From assembly GCF_009914755.1 (NCBI RefSeq), contig NC_060929.1: a stretch of 64,000 nucleotides of DNA. The stretch is one strand, 5' to 3'. Source of the stretch: the human T2T-CHM13v2.0 reference genome, Homo sapiens. Shown here one piece after another: positions 56,471-64,000 of the stretch (positions are counted from its first letter, which is position 1; every line of letters starts with the position of its first letter). The position numbers and the translations under genes are program-made. The notes beneath the pieces are model-generated. The model worked only from the letters and a program-made list of their open reading frames with translations. It had not been told where the DNA came from and did not search any database.

Positions 56471-56793
56471 GGCTGGGCACTGTGGCTCACACCTGTAATC
56501 CCAGCACTTTGCGAGGCCGAGGTTTGCGGATCACTTGAGGCCAGGAGTTCGAGACCAGTCTGGCCATCATGGCGAAACCCCGTCTCTACTGAAAACACAA
56601 AAATTAGCTGGGTGTGGTGGCCCACACCTGTAATCCCAGCTGAGGCTGAGGCAGGAGAATCACTTGAACCCAGGAGGCAGAGGTTGCAGTGAGCCAAGAT
56701 GGCACCACTGCACTCCAGCCTGGGCAACAGAGTGAGACTCCATCTCAAAAAAAAAAAAAAAAAGGAAAAAGAAAAAGAAAAGAAAGAGAGAAA
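56471..56793 (+). mobile_element. AluS
   Basis: TSD GAAAGCCAGT. Confidence 0.92.
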
Positions 56794-57359
56794 GAAAGCC
56801 AGTAGAGAAAAACCAAAACTTGCTTATAGAAAGCTGGGTGGGTCATTGATTTGAAATGGGAAATTGAAGAAGAGGACAGAGGGAAGAGCACACAGTAATT
56901 CAGCCTGTTAGGAGTGCAAAGATGCATTTGCTCGTGGGACGGATGCCTAAGTGAAAAGACCTTTGTGTATGATGGATGGGGAATCACACTAGGCCTTCAG
57001 TCAGCAGTGAGGGATGTCTGCTTAAAAGGCCTCTCTTCACTGCATCAGGCCTGTAGGTAAGGCCACCTGGTGCTTCACCTTATTCTTTGGGCATAACTGA
57101 TTAGCTGCCAGGCTGAGGCCATGGACCAGAATGTGCTTTTCCAATTATCAGCATCCAGTTATATTCTTTTCCTGATGACAGCGAAGACACAAGCCAAATT
57201 CCCTTGATCTAATAATTGGCAGTGCTAGCACAGAGGATCTGTTATTTCATCCCAGAAGTTATTTGGGCTACAGCCAAAAAATGTTAAAAAAAAAAACTGA
57301 TCAACATTCCAGATAAGTCTATCTAAAGATACATGAATAATTACTAAAATCACTATGTT

Positions 57360-57615
57360 ACTGAATGACTTACACAGTCTTTACCACATACTAGGCATGT
57401 TCAAAGTGCTTTCCTTATAATAAATCATTTAATCTTCATGTCAACCCTATGAGGTAGACATGATCATCATTCCTATTTTACAGATAAGAAAACAGAGGCA
57501 CAGAGAGGTTACATTACTTTTCCAAGATCACACAGCTAGTTGCTAGCCGACTTAGAATTCAAATACAGGCAGTCTGGCTTTAGAGTCCATGCCCTTAATT
57601 ACAACTCATACTGCC
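57360..57615 (-). mobile_element. MIR (near full-length)
   Basis: CCTATTTTACAGATAAGAAAACAGAGGCACAGAGAGGTTA core. Confidence 0.85.
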
Positions 57616-58540
57616 TCTGTGTGGGACCTACCCCCTGCCTAATAAAGGAGATATAACAACATTAGTTTTGCATTTGAGGTTCTTAAATTGAGGCTTGTGG
57701 AGATTTTTGCTCACCTTAATGGGTGATTGCTCACCTTTCTGCCAATGGGTAGAACTCCATTTTTTCAGAGAGGGAAATTGAGATACACAATAGAGTGATG
57801 GGTTGTCTGTGATTTGCCTGAAGCCTTGGACAGTTGCTTTTAAGACAGAGAATTGATTCGTTGGGAGGATAGAGGACCTTCCACACTGGCTGTCTCTTGG
57901 CTCTAAAGAGTGAATCGGTTCAGCTGGGTGGATATGTCTCTCTCTAGTTCTTTGGCTGTCTGTGTTTTGTGTGTTATCATTTGCTAAAGATATGACAATG
58001 TGCTCTTTGCTTGGGTTTGCAGCTAGGAGACCTAGGTGTGTTTTCCCACTTCCCCCAGGAACGCAGCCAGAAAAAGCAATGACATCCAGGAGCCATCTGG
58101 GAATGCTTCCCAGACCTGCTCTAAATTGGGGCACAGAGCCAGCTGCACACTCCTGAGCTCTGAGCTTTGGAGTTCACCTGGATTAGACTCACTGCAGAGG
58201 GCTTTATCATCAAGGATGATTTATCTGGGGTCCCAGCTCTCCAGCTTTTGGTGGGTGGTCCTTTTAGAGGGAAGTAGCCATGATGTAGCTCTGAGCTCAG
58301 TGGGTAGGGTTCGGAGAGGAGGAGCAGCTCCGACTTTGCCACTGCCAGCCTCTGGAAGCATGGGTTCATGCCTCAGATTGCTTCCAGACTCCTTTGGCCT
58401 ACTGAGAAATGGGAATAATGGCACCTAACCTCATGTGACATTAACTAAGCTTGCAGACGTACTCAGACTACCAGAGAGATCTACAGAAGCAGCAAGCGCC
58501 TCTTGAAATATTTTCATTATATTTATTTAGGTGATGGAAT

Positions 58541-59000
58541 TGTATGAGTCAGGGTTCTATCTGAGAACAGTGTGCACACTTAAGCCGGGATAATTGAAGA
58601 GTTTAATTGGCAAAGGTGTGGACAAATTAGGAGAAATCAAAGCGATAATGGAGCCTGCCACATCTAGCGAGGGCAGGGAGCTGTAACTCCCACAGGCTAG
58701 CACAAGCAAGAGGAAGGAGTACCTGCAGAGGGAGGGCCCGGGAGAGTGGCAGGTTAAGGAGCCTCCCGGTAGGAGCTATGACCTTAGGTAGTGGGGCAGT
58801 CACTGTCAACCTGCAGCCCAGAGTGGGGGAGAGGTGGGAGAAGATTAATATTTTCTCCTTGCTCTCCTTCCTCCAATCTCTCGCCGGTGGTACCCATTGG
58901 TCAAACCCAACCAGAAGGCAGATGTCAAAGGAACATAACAGGATGTCAGCCTCCTAGGACATACAGCAGGGTAGAGAATAGAGGGCTAGCAGAAACCACT
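58541..59000 (-). mobile_element. Old ERVL-class LTR
   Basis: TGTATGAGTCAGGGTTC...CACACTTAAG...; CCCATTGGTCAAACCCAACCAGAAG motif. Confidence 0.55.
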
Positions 59001-59553
59001 CCACAGAAGAGCCACGCGTTATTATGATTTTAGGCTCCTGGGCTTGGATACTTTTTTTTAAGGTCTCACACTATGAAAAGCCAATTATGCCTGTTATAGA
59101 TGGCCAAAGAGAAGAAATCAATTGAAGAACAACTCACACTCTGTGTTACAAGAATAAAATGCATTATTGGTCCTCAGTTTTTTGCCAAATCAAGAAATCC
59201 AGAAGTAATTCGAAGTCAGGGCATCATCATCATCATTGTCATTAAAAATATAAATGTTCTCTACTTTTGCCAGGACTAAGCAATTAACTAAATTGAATGT
59301 GTATATTTCCTCCCATTATCCTCACCACAACCCTATAATGTTATTGCCAATCATCCATTTATTCAATAAATATTTTCTGAGTATCTGTCTTGTGCCAGGC
59401 TGTGTGTCAGGTACTGAAGATTACTTTTCTGAATCAGATAAACAAAGATTTTTCTATCATGAAGTCTTCAGTCTAACCACACAAGCAAGTATTAAACAAA
59501 TCATTTCAAAAAATTAAGAGCATTTGAGATAAGAGCTTTAAAATAAAAGTGCA

Positions 59554-60460
<907 letters not shown>

Positions 60461-60934
60461 AAATAGAAGTACGTAGTGCTCTGAAACAGGGCACCTAACC
60501 TAATCTGAGAGAAATAGAAGGCTTCCTGGAGGAAGTGAGGTTTAACCAGGGTCCTAAAGACTAAGTAGGAATTGGATGAGGGACAAGTGAGAAAGAAAAA
60601 AGAGCCTCCAAGGCAAAAGAAACAAAGTATTCCCAGTTCTGTGGTGTGGAAGAGCACAGTGCACTGGAGGGATGGAAAGGCAGACAGCACTCTAGCACTG
60701 TTGGACTAGGCGAGCAAGGAGTATACATACAAGCTGAGGGTGGAGAGGTAGACACAGGGCTACTCATGTGGAGCCTTGCAGGCTGGACTAGGGACACTGC
60801 ATTTTATCCCGAGCGTGATGTTTGTGCTCTGATGAGTTTCCGAGGATGGTGATAAGACGTTTTAAAAAGATGTGTGAGAACAGAGTACAAGGTTTGGTGC
60901 ACGATGCATTCAGGACGTTCTTGCAACTTCTCCT

Positions 60935-61466
<532 letters not shown>

Positions 61467-61764
61467 TCACCAACCTCTGCTGTAAATAAAAGATGAAGGT
61501 AGCTTGGACCAGAGAGGTTTAACCAGCAAGTACTTGAGAAAGAACTGATAGGATGCACTTTTTGGATATGAGACGTGAGGGACACTGAGACTTTTGGTTT
61601 GGACAGCTCGGAGTATTAGGACCCTCTTTACTGGAATGGCTAACAATAAGGGATAGATTTTGGGGGGGAAAGTTCATGAATTCAGTTTGTACTTCAGTAG
61701 TTTGAAGCATCTGTGGAATATCTAAGTGGAGAGATGCCATCTCCAGGAAGGAATAGGGAGGTGG

Positions 61765-61873
61765 TCGCTTGAGCCCGGGAGGCAGAGGTTGCAGTAAGCC
61801 AAGATCACGTTGTTGCACGCCAGCCTAGGTGACAGAGTGAGACTCCATCTCAAAAACAAACAAACAAAAAAAC
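61765..61873 (+). mobile_element. 5'-truncated Alu 3' fragment
   Basis: TSD AGGGAGGTGG. Confidence 0.85.
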
Positions 61874-63049
61874 AAGGGAGGTGGGTGCTTATTCAGGGAA
61901 TACCTACTAACCTGGAGGTAGAAAGTTAAGGGGTTCCTATCTGATAACTTTTATCTGGGCATTTTAAAATAAGGTCATCTTCAGTTAAGAAGAGGGTAGT
62001 AAAAAGGTAATACAAGAGGAGTCAGAAATTTTACACTATGCAGAAGGTTTGATATACTTATTGCATACATGGGGGAATGGGTTGATTAGAGAAATGGTTC
62101 CTGGACATTGTTGAGAGCCAGTTGAGATAGGCAACCAGGAATTCACCATTTACCCAGGTACATATTTTTTTTCCATCAGTGCTTTAACTTCAAGGTACAA
62201 GCCCAGGGAGGGCAGGTTTCATCCTGGATTGCAGTTCTCCAAGTAGATGCAACCAAAGCACAAGAGAATTTAGATAAGAAAGTGATGGAAATGAGAGGCC
62301 ATGGAATATATGGGCATGGGAGTCCCTCACACCACTCCTGACCTTGAGTTATAAGGTAATGTGTATTGTGATCAAATAAACAGACTAACTAGAGAGAGCT
62401 GCAGGGGAGGCCATGTCTTCATTGAAGGATGAAGATCTAGAGATGGGAAGGAAGAGGAAATGGGTACGTGTTAATTACAGCGAGGGAGTGCTAGTTGGTG
62501 CAGGGGTTTGGGAGGCAGTGAGGGAGAGGAAACTGCATCAAGGTCGAGACAGAGCATTATGGGGATGAGAACAAGGCAGACGGTGCAGAAGCAAGGCGTA
62601 CAGCAGGCATGGACCAATGAAAACATTTTCAATGTCTCTTGGAGGCTGCTGAGCACTCCGCCTACCAGCACTCCATTGAGGTGTAGAAATTAGAAAGCAT
62701 GTGTACAGTGCTGCCAGACCTGCCTCTGCGAATCATCTGTGCAGTGTTGACAGCTGCGTGTTGCTCGGTGGCCTGTATGTGGTCATTCACGAGGGAAGGA
62801 GGGAGGTGGGCAGGGCAGGCAGCCGCAGCATGGCATCATGGGGTTCTGTGTCTGGATCCAGCCTGCCCAAGGTCAAGCCCACAGTCACTGGCAAAGCCCA
62901 GGCTGATCTCTGTGCTGTCAATCACTATTGCTATGCTCCCCTCTGCTGATCAGCGCCCAGACCTTTCAGGATGTCTTCTGCATTCTAAGTGCTCTGTCAG
63001 AGAACCAGGACCAGGGATAGGGTTATGCAAGAGAGGAAGCTAGGGAAAA

Positions 63050-63306
63050 TTTGAAGGACAGTGAGATGGAAGGAATAAGTTCCAGTATTTGACAGCAGGG
63101 TAGAGAAATTATAGTTAACAATAATTTATTGTGTATTTCAAAATAGCTACAATAATTATGTTGTTCTCAACATAAAGAAAAGAGAAATGTTTGCAGTGAT
63201 CGATATCCCATTTACCCTGATTTGATCATTACACATTGCACACAGGTATGAAAATATGACGTGTACCCCCCAAGTATATACAACTATGATATATCAATTT
63301 TAAAAA
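63050..63306 (+). mobile_element. L1MA 3' end
   Basis: ATAGTTAACAATAATTTATTGTGTATTTCAAAATAGCTA...TTACCCTGATTTGATCATTACACATTG. Confidence 0.85.
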
Positions 63307-63329
63307 ATGTTAAGAAGGCATTCATTCTC

Positions 63330-63427
63330 AGTGTTGTGCACCCACTCTCAGGGCTGACTCTGAAAGTGGGTGCCTCCTTAAATTTTGTGCCCTAGCACCT
63401 CTCTTGCCTTGCCCTGGTTCTGACCCA
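63330..63427. mobile_element. hAT-Tip100 MITE fragment (MER81/MER91-like)
   Basis: GGTGCCTCCTTAAATTTTGTGCCCTAG...CTTGCCTTGCCCTGGTTCTGACCC. Confidence 0.55.
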
Positions 63428-64000
63428 GCAAAGAACTGTAATATGAAGTGGTGTCTATGGGACTATTCACTTTGATTTTACATAAAGGTTTGTCAATTAA
63501 CAATTCCAGGAAAAAAAGTACCTTTTTTTTTAGTAGATTGTGAGCCCTTGTTAGAAAAAAAAAATTATGTGTCTAGAATAATTCTCAAACTTTGCTATAT
63601 GCCATTCCACATTACTGCATTTTCTGTGGACTCTCTTGATCTCTAAAAGCACTATCTTTCAGATTCATGCAGAGATACAATATTGATAAGCCCCATGACA
63701 TCCTGACTGATAGTACACATCACATAAGACTTTAATAAGAAAAACATCATTCTTTGAGGAGCATTTGGAATTTATCATAAGGAATTAATTTATAAGTCTG
63801 CTACCTTTATTGGAGAATATTTCCTCTACCAGGGCATAAAGCAGAGATACATGTGCACCCTTCAATGACAGGGAACAGGAATGACATTAGTCCTTGAAGT
63901 CAGTCTCCATCTTCAGAGCCCACTGTCCTGAGACGTGGCATCTTGACTGTGAAAACCAGGCATTGGATATTATGCAAGAGATAGAATTAGCATGGCCAAA

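Noticed and set aside
57628-58428. 168-aa and 130-aa ORFs in unique-looking DNA
   Set aside because: No recognisable domain, codon signal or exon structure; within chance expectation for 64 kb

Overview
Repeat-dense, non-coding primate DNA (catarrhine, probably human, since AluY-type elements are present). No intact protein-coding gene can be supported: the listed ORFs are Alu, L1, ERV or microsatellite translations. The main structure is a full-length decayed class I (ERV1, MER4/HEPSI-group-like) provirus on the minus strand at 17507-32030. It has two LTRs, a GGAG target-site duplication, a tRNA-Arg PBS, a PPT and readable gag-pro-pol-env remnants. It sits in an old L1ME and was later hit by about 17 Alus, two solo LTRs and two U6 retrocopies, one full-length and one tailless 25-nt fragment. 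The rest is roughly 60 Alus/monomers in total, L1 fragments (including a 2-kb L1PA), several solo LTRs, MIR/L2 and DNA-transposon fossils (a Tc2/pogo-type transposase remnant, MER6, MER5A and others). I found no convincing novel biological system; the notable points concern retrotransposition mechanics and nesting. Repeat family names are from memory of consensus sequences and need RepeatMasker/Dfam confirmation.
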